64,000 nt of DNA from an uncultured virus (IMG/VR IMGVR_UViG_3300020180_001139) (lineage: Duplodnaviria > Heunggongvirae > Uroviricota > Caudoviricetes). The stretch lies in IMG/VR virus record IMGVR_UViG_3300020180_001139. The stretch is one strand, 5' to 3'. This document shows, piece after piece, positions 49,121 through 59,079 of this stretch. The position numbers were made by a program, and so were the translations under genes. The notes beneath the pieces are model-generated. The model had not been told where the DNA came from, did no database searches, and saw only the letters and a list, made by a program, of their open reading frames with translations. The stretch's first letter is position 1. Every line of letters starts with the position of its first letter.

Positions 49121-49888
49121 ATGAGCGGGTCAGTTCTGACGGATATTAGTTTTGCATGCAGATCTCTTTTGAAAGATTTGCCCGCAGCAGAGCCGGTTCG
49201 TCGGTATTTGGATTCTAGAGTATCATCCGAATCAACACAAGAAGTATTTGGATTTGGTTATTTTCCTCCATCGGAGCATTTAGGAGCATTGTTGTCTTTG
49301 GTTCCGGAGGCCAGTCTGTACCAGACAAAGCTACGTTATGATTGGTGTGATTACGAGACCGATTCAAAAAAACGCGCCATCAGTACATTCGAACATCATA
49401 ATCTAGTTCTTCCGTATCGAGATCTGTATGGGAATATCGTTTCTATTGTCGGTAGAACCATGCTTCCTGATTGGGAGGCCAAACTGATAGGAATCCCAAA
49501 ATACCGCAATACTTCCTTTCGAAAAGGAAATCATTTATTCGGTATGTATGAGGCGAAAGAATCTATCATTAAACATGATTGTGTGGTGGTGACGGAGGGT
49601 CAGTTTGACTGCATCGGTGCTTATAGTCACGGTGTAAAGAATGTCGTGGCGTTGGGATCAGCCAGTATGACAATGTATCAATTGAGCCTGATACTCAGAT
49701 ACACTTCTACGATTTATCTATTTCTTGATAATGATGATGCGGGCCGAAACGGTACCGATAGAATTATACATCAATTTAAACAATATGCTGATTTTAGGCC
49801 AAAATCAGTACCATCAGGATATAAAGATATTTTTGATTTTCTGAAAGACAATCCTACCATGACCATGCAATCATTAACAATGTTGTAG
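49121..49888 (+). CDS. dnaG: DnaG primase catalytic core (TOPRIM) lacking the Zn-binding domain
   Basis: Y.DSR, GRT, PKYRNT, VTEGQFD, VVALG, LDNDDAG, KD. Confidence 0.9.
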   Translation: MSGSVLTDISFACRSLLKDLPAAEPVRRYLDSRVSSESTQEVFGFGYFPPSEHLGALLSLVPEASLYQTKLRYDWCDYETDSKKRAISTFEHHNLVLPYRDLYGNIVSIVGRTMLPDWEAKLIGIPKYRNTSFRKGNHLFGMYEAKESIIKHDCVVVTEGQFDCIGAYSHGVKNVVALGSASMTMYQLSLILRYTSTIYLFLDNDDAGRNGTDRIIHQFKQYADFRPKSVPSGYKDIFDFLKDNPTMTMQSLTML

Positions 49889-49921
49889 CGGTGATGCTGC
49901 TTGATATATTAAATATGAATT

Positions 49922-50362
49922 ATGGAAAAGAAGAATACTAGATCATTTTCGTATCAAGCAATATTTCATGAGCTTTCATGTAGCAATGAAATGCTTCAAT
50001 CATTCTCAAATGAGGAGTCGCTTCATAAACGACTCAATCCATTCGCTTATAATGAAGAAGTGTTGGAACTTGAGGATCAGTTAAAGATTGAATTTTGGAG
50101 AATCGTGAATACATTACTGACTTCCCGTCAAAAGGAAGTCATTCGTCTTTATGCTGATGGCTATACCCAAATGGAAATAGCCAAAATGCTTGACGTGAAC
50201 CAATCCAGCATTACAAAATCTATTAATGGTAACGTAGATTATAAAAATGGAAAAAAAAGTTACGGAGGGATCCGTAGAAAAGTTAAAAAGATCGTTGAGA
50301 CGGATCCGAAAGTAAAAGAGATCCTAGCTAAAATTCAAGAATTAAGAGATGAAGATTACTAA
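49922..50362 (+). CDS. Sigma70 region-4 / LuxR-type HTH protein
   Basis: LLTSRQKEVIRLYADGYTQMEIAKMLDVNQSSI. Confidence 0.8.
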   Translation: MEKKNTRSFSYQAIFHELSCSNEMLQSFSNEESLHKRLNPFAYNEEVLELEDQLKIEFWRIVNTLLTSRQKEVIRLYADGYTQMEIAKMLDVNQSSITKSINGNVDYKNGKKSYGGIRRKVKKIVETDPKVKEILAKIQELRDEDY

Positions 50363-50390
50363 TTTTGACACATATCGGATCAGATAGATT

Positions 50391-50660
50391 ATGTTTATAG
50401 ATACACAGCTTGACTACAATCAACAAAGAATCATTCGTTCAGCGCAGGGAATTAAAAATCTTTGGAATAAAGAATATAAAGATCTTGCGAAACAATATTG
50501 TACGTTTAATCCTTATAGTAATGACAAGACGTTGGCTATATTAAGTAATTTTAAAGTAGAGGTTCAGAGAGTTCTGGACCAGCTAATCGGTATAGACGGG
50601 CAGATCGGTACCCTTATGTACCAGAACGAGATGAAAAATATTATTTTCAATATAAAATAA
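50391..50660 (+). CDS. Hypothetical protein
   Basis: ORF. Confidence 0.55.
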   Translation: MFIDTQLDYNQQRIIRSAQGIKNLWNKEYKDLAKQYCTFNPYSNDKTLAILSNFKVEVQRVLDQLIGIDGQIGTLMYQNEMKNIIFNIK

Positions 50661-50691
50661 TATGTATATTGGATGATACAGGAGAGGCTTT

Positions 50692-51147
50692 ATGCTTAAA
50701 ACTGAAAAAGTATCTTTTGATTTTACGGAATTTGATAAGAAAATTAATGTCAAGCAGTACCGACTTTCCGAAGTACGGGATCGTTTGGTAAAAGTTGCAT
50801 TTGATATTGTGAAATTTAAAGATCAGGATACAGACCAACTTTGGCAGATCCAGACTGCTGAAGATGGAGAATATATAGTTTCGATGTATTCTGAGTCTGA
50901 CATGAATGTCAAACAGGCTTCATTGAAATCAGCAAGTGATTGGAAAGTCACGCGATCAAAGATCGCATCTGAGCTTAATTTTTATTACAAAAACGAACTG
51001 GTTGCGAAGGCCAGTCCTGGTAAATTAGGCTTTAAAGATGAAGATGTTGACATGATGATCGCATATTTGCCTGAAAAATTGGCAGAAAATGAAAAACTAG
51101 CTGCGGCATTGTTGAAAGATTATGGTTCAGGTAGGATTGGCCAATAA
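50692..51147 (+). CDS. Hypothetical protein (head region; KxAS-rich)
   Basis: GGAGAGG SD; KQAS, KSAS, KIAS. Confidence 0.7.
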   Translation: MLKTEKVSFDFTEFDKKINVKQYRLSEVRDRLVKVAFDIVKFKDQDTDQLWQIQTAEDGEYIVSMYSESDMNVKQASLKSASDWKVTRSKIASELNFYYKNELVAKASPGKLGFKDEDVDMMIAYLPEKLAENEKLAAALLKDYGSGRIGQ

Positions 51148-51187
51148 TTGGTTTTCTGCATAATTATGCATTCCAATAGGTGTGTAA

Positions 51188-52792
51188 ATGTCATTAGATA
51201 AAATTAAAAAAATTACTGCATCTGTATTGGATAGCTTGAACGATTCATCTGAGCTTATCCTCCCACGCCTGGCATCCAAAGCAAAAAATGGATACGAAGC
51301 CAATCCTGGAGACATGACTCTACAGAGTCTGGCTTCCATTCTATCTAGAAGAGCTGATCAGGCGTCTTTTATATCTCGTGGAGAGTTTAAGCGATTATAC
51401 CACCACTTTCATTCGGCAAATTCAAAAGCAAAAGAGATATTTGCTGAAGAACTTGGAATCGAATCCGCGCCAATTAAGAAAACTGCTTCACAGATTCAAA
51501 GTCAGAATTTTAATGGTTACAGCAATACAGAGCTAAATCCCTACGAAACTGTAGGTAATGATGTACTGAAAACCGCACTCGACTCAATGTTTGAGAACAA
51601 GGGCGGTAAATTTTATTCAGGCAAACTCGCTACGGCTGCCCAGAAAGATCTCTCGGATCGCCTTTCCCGTGCCGGAATGGATTCAAGAGTTGATATTGCA
51701 GACGGAACCCAGGACGTGATTCTGCTGGTCGCGCATGTCAATACTCCAAAAGGATTCACTTCTTTTTATGTTCCGGTAGAAGTTATTGAAGAGAAAGTCA
51801 TAACACCTTCCGTTTTCCTGACAGATGCAGGACTGATGGATTTTGGTAATAAACAAATTATTGCATTTGTGTCACAAAACCCCGGAAGAGGACTTATTGC
51901 AAAATCATCAACCGTGATGGGTTTACTGAAACAAGCATCTAAAGGTCACGGAATTTCAAATGTTGAGATGGCTGCGGCAAAGCTTCGCTCGGAATCTGGT
52001 CCGATGCAATCATACGCATCTGATTCAATTACTGGTTTAGAAGTACAGCCGATTCAGGCTGATGTACAGGTTCCTCAGATTCAGGATCCAGAAATATCAT
52101 CATTTGCAGAACTTTTTGATACTCCGGCCGGGCGTGCCCAATTCAAATTTGGCGGGAAAGTAGCCCGGATTAGAAATGAGTTAGTCTCGGAATTGAATCA
52201 ACTTGGATTTAAGAAGGTTCAGGCCAAGATAACGGATTGTGGAGAAGACGAAATAACGTTTGCGGTATCCGTTGATAATACGTCATTCATGCTGCCAGTA
52301 CGGGTCTCGACCGAAACTGCACCGGTGATGTTCTGCGGTGGAACGGTGCAGGAGTTCAGCCCCGAAAACATCACGGCACTGATGAAACGAAACGTTAAAG
52401 ATTTCGCTGCTGCTGCCGTGACGTCTCCTCTTTATGAGATCAAAGCTTCTGAATTGGTCACGACGGTTCGCGAAGCGGTTCTGGAAAAGAATTTTGCCAA
52501 AGCTGAAGATGCTTTGAATGTTCTTGCGAGTGGAAATGATACCAAAGCGTATGAATCTGCGATGGTTGTGTATATGAAGGGTCTAGGCAATAAAACCGCC
52601 TCGGAAGAGACGCATCGTTGCAGTCGGGTTGTTAAAACGGCGTCTAGTAGCTTTGATGTATGCGGACATACGGGACTTCCGCTTCATAAAGTATATCAGG
52701 ATCAGAACGGAGATTGTCACCCAATGTATCGCCGGGCTCAGTCCGAATCCTATGAAGGAGCTTCCTTCATGAATCACAAAATTTTCTTTTAA
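51188..52792 (+). CDS. Putative virion/head-associated protein
   Basis: Long ORF upstream of the terminase; KTAS x3 and KQAS. Confidence 0.6.
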   Translation: MSLDKIKKITASVLDSLNDSSELILPRLASKAKNGYEANPGDMTLQSLASILSRRADQASFISRGEFKRLYHHFHSANSKAKEIFAEELGIESAPIKKTASQIQSQNFNGYSNTELNPYETVGNDVLKTALDSMFENKGGKFYSGKLATAAQKDLSDRLSRAGMDSRVDIADGTQDVILLVAHVNTPKGFTSFYVPVEVIEEKVITPSVFLTDAGLMDFGNKQIIAFVSQNPGRGLIAKSSTVMGLLKQASKGHGISNVEMAAAKLRSESGPMQSYASDSITGLEVQPIQADVQVPQIQDPEISSFAELFDTPAGRAQFKFGGKVARIRNELVSELNQLGFKKVQAKITDCGEDEITFAVSVDNTSFMLPVRVSTETAPVMFCGGTVQEFSPENITALMKRNVKDFAAAAVTSPLYEIKASELVTTVREAVLEKNFAKAEDALNVLASGNDTKAYESAMVVYMKGLGNKTASEETHRCSRVVKTASSSFDVCGHTGLPLHKVYQDQNGDCHPMYRRAQSESYEGASFMNHKIFF

Positions 52793-52804
52793 TCTGGCAA
52801 CAAT

Positions 52805-53842
52805 ATGAGAATTTCAGAATTACTAAAAGTATATGCTTCATGGTTAGAATCTGAACATAATGAAGCTTTCATGTTGGCCGAATATAACGATCCTTCATTA
52901 AAGATTGTCACGCAGGCGTGCGTGCATGCGAGTGAAATTTTAAAAAAAGCTGCCGAAGAAGTAGATTCGGTAGAGCCGGAATTCAGCGACGAAGATATAC
53001 TTTCTAGAAGAGATCTTGGGTTCCGAATGTTGGATTGGCATGGTGGTCAAGGCGATCCCGTGTATGCGGTTGGCTCATTCTATGTAGACAATAAGGTATA
53101 TCCTAAGAAGGAAGTTGTTGAGGACGCTCTAGGCAATCTTTCCTCTGACCTTAGTCAGACGGAACGAATGCTAAACGGTGAGAGTGTAATGGTCTCGCGT
53201 CAGGGACGACAGGTGGATTTGAGACAGTTCGCTGGATATAGTGATAAGGAATTGACTGATAATATCGAAGACTTGACAGAGATTACAGAAAGTTTACAGA
53301 AGTATTTAGCAAACGATTATCAGTCGGTAATTAATGAAGACAGCATAGATGAGCTTGGGGCCCTGGCTCAGGCGTTTGATGATTCTGGTGATGAATTTTT
53401 AAAGAAACAAGCCTCTGTAATTGATGAAATACTCATGACGATCGCCGCGCCTTCAGGCTTGAAGGCTCAAGCAGCCCGGATTGAGAATTCAAGAATTGAA
53501 GAGCTTAAAAAAAAGTACAATCAGACAAATACTGATTTGAAAAGCAAGCTTGGTGATTCCATCGAAGCGGTCAAGAAGAGTCCAATGTACAAGCAGTACA
53601 GACCTTTAGAGGCGCCGTTAAAGACGCGATATTGTCCTGATCATGCGGGAGTGATGGCGAGTCGTATTGCCGAAGATACGTACCAATGTGAATTGGATGG
53701 AAAGACCTATAATTATGCGGTTGGATTCAAGACGGACAAGGGGAAAATAGTACCGGGAACTTCCGTTGAGAATCAGTCACAGATGGAATTTCCTTCCGGA
53801 GAGAACAATTTCGAAACGCGAGAATCAAGACTGAGTAGATAA
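52805..53842 (+). CDS. Hypothetical acidic protein (putative head-associated)
   Basis: WHGGQ..YA internal block; C-terminal CPDH...C. Confidence 0.6.
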   Translation: MRISELLKVYASWLESEHNEAFMLAEYNDPSLKIVTQACVHASEILKKAAEEVDSVEPEFSDEDILSRRDLGFRMLDWHGGQGDPVYAVGSFYVDNKVYPKKEVVEDALGNLSSDLSQTERMLNGESVMVSRQGRQVDLRQFAGYSDKELTDNIEDLTEITESLQKYLANDYQSVINEDSIDELGALAQAFDDSGDEFLKKQASVIDEILMTIAAPSGLKAQAARIENSRIEELKKKYNQTNTDLKSKLGDSIEAVKKSPMYKQYRPLEAPLKTRYCPDHAGVMASRIAEDTYQCELDGKTYNYAVGFKTDKGKIVPGTSVENQSQMEFPSGENNFETRESRLSR

Positions 53843-53864
53843 TATAGTAAAAACAGCAGTCAAG

Positions 53865-53897
53865 ATCGGACCGGCGCGCAAACAGGCCCGGTCCGAT
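53865..53897 (+). terminator. Hairpin / putative terminator
   Basis: ATCGGACCGG...CCGGTCCGAT followed by TTG. Confidence 0.55.
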
Positions 53898-53914
53898 TTG
53901 CATTTAAGGCACGT

Positions 53915-54658
53915 ATGAGCAAGGCTTTAGTAAAAAAGATAGTAGAGCATCCTGAAAAAGAAGAAATAATCAGCCGATTGGTATCTGGAGAGAGTCCGGC
54001 TGATATTTCTGCGTCGTTGAAAGATAAATACAAAGATGTTGCGAATAATAAGTTTGCACTTTCGACTGATTCATTGAAGACATTTCAGGATAAATATCTT
54101 GATGTTTATGTTGTTTTGAGGGACGATATTGCGCTGATTAAGAGCGGATCCCCGGAAGAACAGCTTACCGGGTCTATTAAGAAAAATAAAAAATATAAAG
54201 AGCGACTGTTGGATCTGGCTGGCCAAGAGATTGATATAAAACAATCGGTTAGGAACCTAGTTGTGGCGATTGAGGCCCGAGCTGAACAAGTATTTGATTA
54301 CATGCAAGAAAACCCTGAAAATTTCAAAATAGATAACGTATTGATTCAATATTTTAATGTTTTGGCCGCAACATTAGAAAAATGTAATAAACTTGTTAAT
54401 AATGCTCCAGATCAGGTTATCCAACATAACCATACCGTTCAGGTTACGGAACAGCATACATCAGCGATTGTTGATGCGATTAAGGATGTATTGAAAAATA
54501 TGGACTATGAGCATTCATTATACTTCATGGATCGTTATAAAGAGTATTTGGCTGTACTGCAACCTCCGGAAGAGGCTAAGCTAATACCTACAGAGAAACG
54601 ATTAGCGGAGGCAAAGATCATATCTAATGATTTTGAAAAAAATATACCTAAATTATAA
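53915..54658 (+). CDS. Hypothetical protein (candidate terminase small subunit)
   Basis: N-terminal HTH-like segment (HP..EEI..L..G.S...I), helical core, upstream of terL. Confidence 0.4.
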   Translation: MSKALVKKIVEHPEKEEIISRLVSGESPADISASLKDKYKDVANNKFALSTDSLKTFQDKYLDVYVVLRDDIALIKSGSPEEQLTGSIKKNKKYKERLLDLAGQEIDIKQSVRNLVVAIEARAEQVFDYMQENPENFKIDNVLIQYFNVLAATLEKCNKLVNNAPDQVIQHNHTVQVTEQHTSAIVDAIKDVLKNMDYEHSLYFMDRYKEYLAVLQPPEEAKLIPTEKRLAEAKIISNDFEKNIPKL

Positions 54659-54694
54659 ATTATTGATTCAATCATTAAAATGATATTGCATTGA

Positions 54695-56419
54695 ATGAGC
54701 CAAAAGAACGCTTATCCTAATATAGCATTTTCAGTAACACCTGCCGGATACACTTATGATGTTGAAAAGTGGAAGGTTGCACTGAGGGATATCTATTATC
54801 GTATGAGGGTCGGAACGGATCGTTCTGAATCAATCCGAATAGTCACGAATGGTTGGCACGAGAAAGAAATTCGTGATTTTATGAAATGGATTAGATTTTA
54901 CGAAGAAAATAATCATATGAAATATAAAACCGCTAATTATTATGAAGGTGAAGATTCCACTGGGTACTTTTTACCTTATCAAAAAGAAAAACCTATTATT
55001 CCGGATCCAATCGTCACGACTCCCGATCCAACAGCCTTGAAACAAGAAGCTGAGCGAAATAAAGTAAGTGAAGAAGAAAAACGCATTCAGATAGAAAATC
55101 ATCGGAGAAAAATTGTCGGAAGGATCCATGCAGCAAGGAAGCTTCTCACAGATGATAAAGGTAAAATGTTCGCCGGACCGGGTTGGGAAAAACTTCTAGA
55201 TGCACTTAATGATTTAGAAAAACAGATACATACGGTAAATAAATCAGCTCGTAATGATTTTTATTGTGATCTTATTCTTCGTCAAGCCAATCGTTTGGAA
55301 CGTAGCGGGGCCAACACCGCAATTGTTTTGAAGCGAATGGCTCAAGCTTTGGGACCAGGTTCGATTCCGGATCCTTCCGCTTCCATTCCACAAGGTGGAG
55401 GGATGGAAAATAATAATCCTTCGCTCGATCCGAACGATGCTCCGAAAGATTCAGAAGAGGGGATCAAAAAAGTTCTGGATGCGTTTAATGGTGAATATTT
55501 TGATGATTCAGAAGTTGATGATTCAGATGTTGATGATTCAGATGTAGAAGTGGATGAATCGGATGAGTCAGACGAGTCTGAGATTGAAGTGAATGAGTCC
55601 GACGAAACAACCGGGATTGATCCGTTTGATAGATATGCAGGATTGGTTGTGATGGCGCAAGAGGCCCAAACGACTCCTGTTCAGCCTGCCGGTCCGACTG
55701 CTCCGGTCAGCGCCCCAACCAAACAGCCGATTCTTCCACTTAAAGATAAAAAGCTTATTCCGGATGATTCAACATCCGAAACTACGAAAGACTTCGATTC
55801 ACTGATCGGAATGGCATTCTCTAATCTTAAGGTTCAGGACATAATAAACCGATTGGATGAATTGAGTCGAATATTTAAGAATCGTGAAATTGCCAAACAA
55901 CTCAGCATTGTCGACATGATGATGGATAAGTTAGGATTATCTTCATTTTTCCCTTCAATGGCAGAAGCTACACGTTCGGCACTTGAGTCAAATCAATATT
56001 GTTTGGTTCGTATTGATGAGGTGAAGTCTCGTTTGAGTGGAGCGGTCGATGCTACCGGAACATCTCTTCACGATATGGGACAAGAGCATTCCATTCGAAA
56101 TCAGCAAAATATGATTGATTTAACAGGGAAAGACGTTGATAGTAAAGATCCTCTTTTAAATAAAGTAAAAGAAAATCTTGAAACAGAAGAGGCGAAAGCT
56201 AAAATGAAGAAGGAACTGCGTAGACAGCAACAAGAAGAAAATCTTTTAGAAAATAAGAAAGAAACTCCGGTGGTTGAGAACGTTCAGGAAGATCTGATGA
56301 ACATGCCAACTCCTGCTCCGGCGCCCAAGACAACCATTCCTGCGTCCCCAGCTCCGGCACCCAATCCAGCCATTCCACCAGCTCCGGCGACTCCAAAGCC
56401 TGACGGGCGGACAGGATGA
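54695..56419 (+). CDS. Hypothetical large protein with acidic and Pro-rich linkers
   Basis: ORF; DDS(E/D)V repeats (15-bp x3 at 55501-55545); PAP-rich tail. Confidence 0.7.
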   Translation: MSQKNAYPNIAFSVTPAGYTYDVEKWKVALRDIYYRMRVGTDRSESIRIVTNGWHEKEIRDFMKWIRFYEENNHMKYKTANYYEGEDSTGYFLPYQKEKPIIPDPIVTTPDPTALKQEAERNKVSEEEKRIQIENHRRKIVGRIHAARKLLTDDKGKMFAGPGWEKLLDALNDLEKQIHTVNKSARNDFYCDLILRQANRLERSGANTAIVLKRMAQALGPGSIPDPSASIPQGGGMENNNPSLDPNDAPKDSEEGIKKVLDAFNGEYFDDSEVDDSDVDDSDVEVDESDESDESEIEVNESDETTGIDPFDRYAGLVVMAQEAQTTPVQPAGPTAPVSAPTKQPILPLKDKKLIPDDSTSETTKDFDSLIGMAFSNLKVQDIINRLDELSRIFKNREIAKQLSIVDMMMDKLGLSSFFPSMAEATRSALESNQYCLVRIDEVKSRLSGAVDATGTSLHDMGQEHSIRNQQNMIDLTGKDVDSKDPLLNKVKENLETEEAKAKMKKELRRQQQEENLLENKKETPVVENVQEDLMNMPTPAPAPKTTIPASPAPAPNPAIPPAPATPKPDGRTG

Positions 56420-57141
56420 AACTGAAAGATATACTGCTGTCTATTTGGGAGATTCACGTCAAAAACGGCAACATATCTGAGCCGTATATTTGCGGAGGCA
56501 TTCCAAGAGACAAATGCATTGCTGATTTCAAATTCTCTTATAAAGATCTTGATATCATGACCGGTGATGCCAGCGTAAGATTCCTGGCTGATAATTTTGC
56601 CGCGGCTATGTCGGACAGGTTTACCGTCAAGACAATAATTGGCGATGATGGTCACGTTTCAGTTAAACTTGGTAATTTTAAAGTTGATTTTTCAACCAAT
56701 TTTGTTGTACCGCAGATTGAAGAAAAACTATCAAAACTAGGTATCCAGAACCCAGCTCCTCTACAGAAAGAGATGTTTAGTCGTGATTTTACGTGCAATG
56801 CTTTATTGTTACCGCTGAATCTAAAAACTGTCCTCGACCCCACTGGACACGGATTAAAAGATATTAAGAATAAAATAATCAGGCCATGTTTGGATAGTCA
56901 TACTACGTTTACTTACAGTGTAAACAGAATTGCAAGAATGTTTTACCTTGCCGCGAAGACTGGTTTTGATGTTGATCCGAATATTATTGAATGGGTCAGC
57001 AATAATACTGAATACGTTAAAAAGATTAAGCGTAATTACTGGGATACTAAGATCGGTACGGCATTAGAAATGGATCGTTTACGTGTACTTGATCTTTTGA
57101 ATAAATGTAAATTATCTAATTATTTAGACGGGAGATTATAA
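56416..57141 (+). CDS. Second, short class II nucleotidyltransferase (CCA/poly(A) polymerase family, divergent)
   Basis: YICGGIPRD, DLD, SRDFTCNAL, DPTG.GL.D...IIR; EDxxR is replaced by YSVNR. Confidence 0.85.
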   Translation: MKLKDILLSIWEIHVKNGNISEPYICGGIPRDKCIADFKFSYKDLDIMTGDASVRFLADNFAAAMSDRFTVKTIIGDDGHVSVKLGNFKVDFSTNFVVPQIEEKLSKLGIQNPAPLQKEMFSRDFTCNALLLPLNLKTVLDPTGHGLKDIKNKIIRPCLDSHTTFTYSVNRIARMFYLAAKTGFDVDPNIIEWVSNNTEYVKKIKRNYWDTKIGTALEMDRLRVLDLLNKCKLSNYLDGRL

Positions 57142-57353
57142 TGTCTAAAAAAGATGATGATCAAGCTCACGATCAATCACGTGGATTATTTTACAGTAAT
57201 TATGATTATATTGATGATGGAAGCGGCGAAGGTCCCGGAACATCCGTTTATAGACAAATGGATCAAGTAAAATCTGTTGATGAATGGCGTAGGAAAATGC
57301 GAGATAGAAGAAAAAAGCGTCTAAAGAAGATGTTTCCAGGTATTTCCGAGTAA
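57141..57353 (+). CDS. Hypothetical protein
   Basis: TAATG-coupled ORF. Confidence 0.6.
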   Translation: MSKKDDDQAHDQSRGLFYSNYDYIDDGSGEGPGTSVYRQMDQVKSVDEWRRKMRDRRKKRLKKMFPGISE

Positions 57354-57411
57354 TAATTTGTTTTACGCGGTTAATATTACCCTATATTGATAGAGTTGCT
57401 TAGAGGAATAA

Positions 57412-58398
57412 ATGTCATTAATCATTAACGCTCAAGATATTAACATGGCTCAGAATCATCCGGAAGATCCGGAAACCGTCCCTCATGTTCATTTGGATGG
57501 TGATTTGGTAGTCTACGATGAGCTTCCGGACTATGAGCAGGTATTGGAAGTTTACCAAGACGATCATGATCAGGAGCCTGAAGAGGGTCATGAAATCGAA
57601 ATTTATGATGAGCCAGAAGAGCAGCTATCTGTTCAGGAAGAGCCGGAATCAGAATCAGCTCCGGAAGAAGAAATCCCAGTTGCTTCGTTGACTCTTACTC
57701 TTTCTGCGATTCCTGGAGCCGAAGAGGATACGGGAGAGCCGGTTGAGAAGGTTGAGATTGACGAGCACGATAACAAATCACCATGGGATTACTCTGCATC
57801 GGATGATTTTGCAGCGTGGGTAGAAGGTCGCCTTAACGAAGTTCCGAAACATTCAGGTAAAGCTCCGGCGGGACTTGAACGCGCGATTGCATATTTACAA
57901 AAATTCAAATCTGAACTTTCAAGACTCGTTCGTTCTGATTTTGATGGAAAGATAGATATCTCGATTGTTGATAAAGTATTTGATGAAATTCATAACGGCA
58001 TAGAACGTCTGGAAGAGCGTCTTGAACAGGTAAACGAGAAATATACTAAAAAGAAGAAAAAGAAAGCTCATGATCAACATTCCTTAATTAAGGAAGGGCA
58101 GAAAGCCACACATGTAGGCGGAATAATTGTTACGGTTCCGCTACTCATCAGTAGACTTGCAAGAATTTGTATAAATGGGCACGTAAGTGCCGGGCATGAA
58201 ATTGAAGATTTGTATCGCAAACAGGTTAAAAAGTTTGCCCTGTCGGATCGTGAACAGGCAGAACTGTTACAGCTTCTTTATGATATGAATTATCCATTAA
58301 GAATGGATCGTCTTTATGATTTTGAAGAGACGTCAGAAGGAAAAGTAGACTTGACATCATCTGATAATGGTGATTATGCGGCCAATTATCCAGCATGA
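57412..58398 (+). CDS. Hypothetical protein with an acidic N-terminus (putative head-associated)
   Basis: GAGG SD; ORF. Confidence 0.7.
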   Translation: MSLIINAQDINMAQNHPEDPETVPHVHLDGDLVVYDELPDYEQVLEVYQDDHDQEPEEGHEIEIYDEPEEQLSVQEEPESESAPEEEIPVASLTLTLSAIPGAEEDTGEPVEKVEIDEHDNKSPWDYSASDDFAAWVEGRLNEVPKHSGKAPAGLERAIAYLQKFKSELSRLVRSDFDGKIDISIVDKVFDEIHNGIERLEERLEQVNEKYTKKKKKKAHDQHSLIKEGQKATHVGGIIVTVPLLISRLARICINGHVSAGHEIEDLYRKQVKKFALSDREQAELLQLLYDMNYPLRMDRLYDFEETSEGKVDLTSSDNGDYAANYPA

Positions 58399-58411
58399 AT
58401 TGAGAGATTTA

Positions 58412-59047
58412 ATGAAACATAATCGTTCAGGTGCGGGATTCGCGCGAGATAATTCCATCAAAAATGATCGTGAACCTGATTGGTTTGCGGAATTTGCGAA
58501 CCGATTAGAGAAAAATAGCGTCAATTCTCACGAAACCGATCAGGCTCTTTATAACCAGATCGGTGATATTCTGGGATCACCAAAATCCAAATTTTCAACT
58601 GTTGAGGATGCGGTTCGGGACATGCATACCAGAACTGGTCTGGATAAATTTCTTAATGCCGAGAAGTCGTTATGTTCGAGAGCGGAAAGTAAAAATGAGC
58701 CCGAAGCCATGCAAAATGCAGAAATGATGAATGGTATCAGGGCTATTTTACAGAAAGTTAATGGACTGGATCTGTGGCTTCGGAACTTTATACAATCAAG
58801 AAAAGGTAGTATCGATACGGCTGCCGTACTGAATGATATTCCGCATTCATTTTTAAGAGCTGGACTCAGTACGGCTGATTTGGATTCTGATAATTTGAAA
58901 AAATACGTTGATATACTGATTAGTGATGAAAAAAAACAGCATGCGTCTCAACAGCAAACGCATCCTGATTTTGGAAAAGTAGATATTTCGAACACTGAAG
59001 ATAATCAAGGAATATTTGAATTTTTAACTCCAGCCAAAACAACGTAA
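58412..59047 (+). CDS. Hypothetical protein
   Basis: ORF immediately upstream of terL. Confidence 0.65.
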   Translation: MKHNRSGAGFARDNSIKNDREPDWFAEFANRLEKNSVNSHETDQALYNQIGDILGSPKSKFSTVEDAVRDMHTRTGLDKFLNAEKSLCSRAESKNEPEAMQNAEMMNGIRAILQKVNGLDLWLRNFIQSRKGSIDTAAVLNDIPHSFLRAGLSTADLDSDNLKKYVDILISDEKKQHASQQQTHPDFGKVDISNTEDNQGIFEFLTPAKTT

Positions 59048-59079
59048 ACGCTCAGCAGTTATAATGATAAGTAGGTTAT

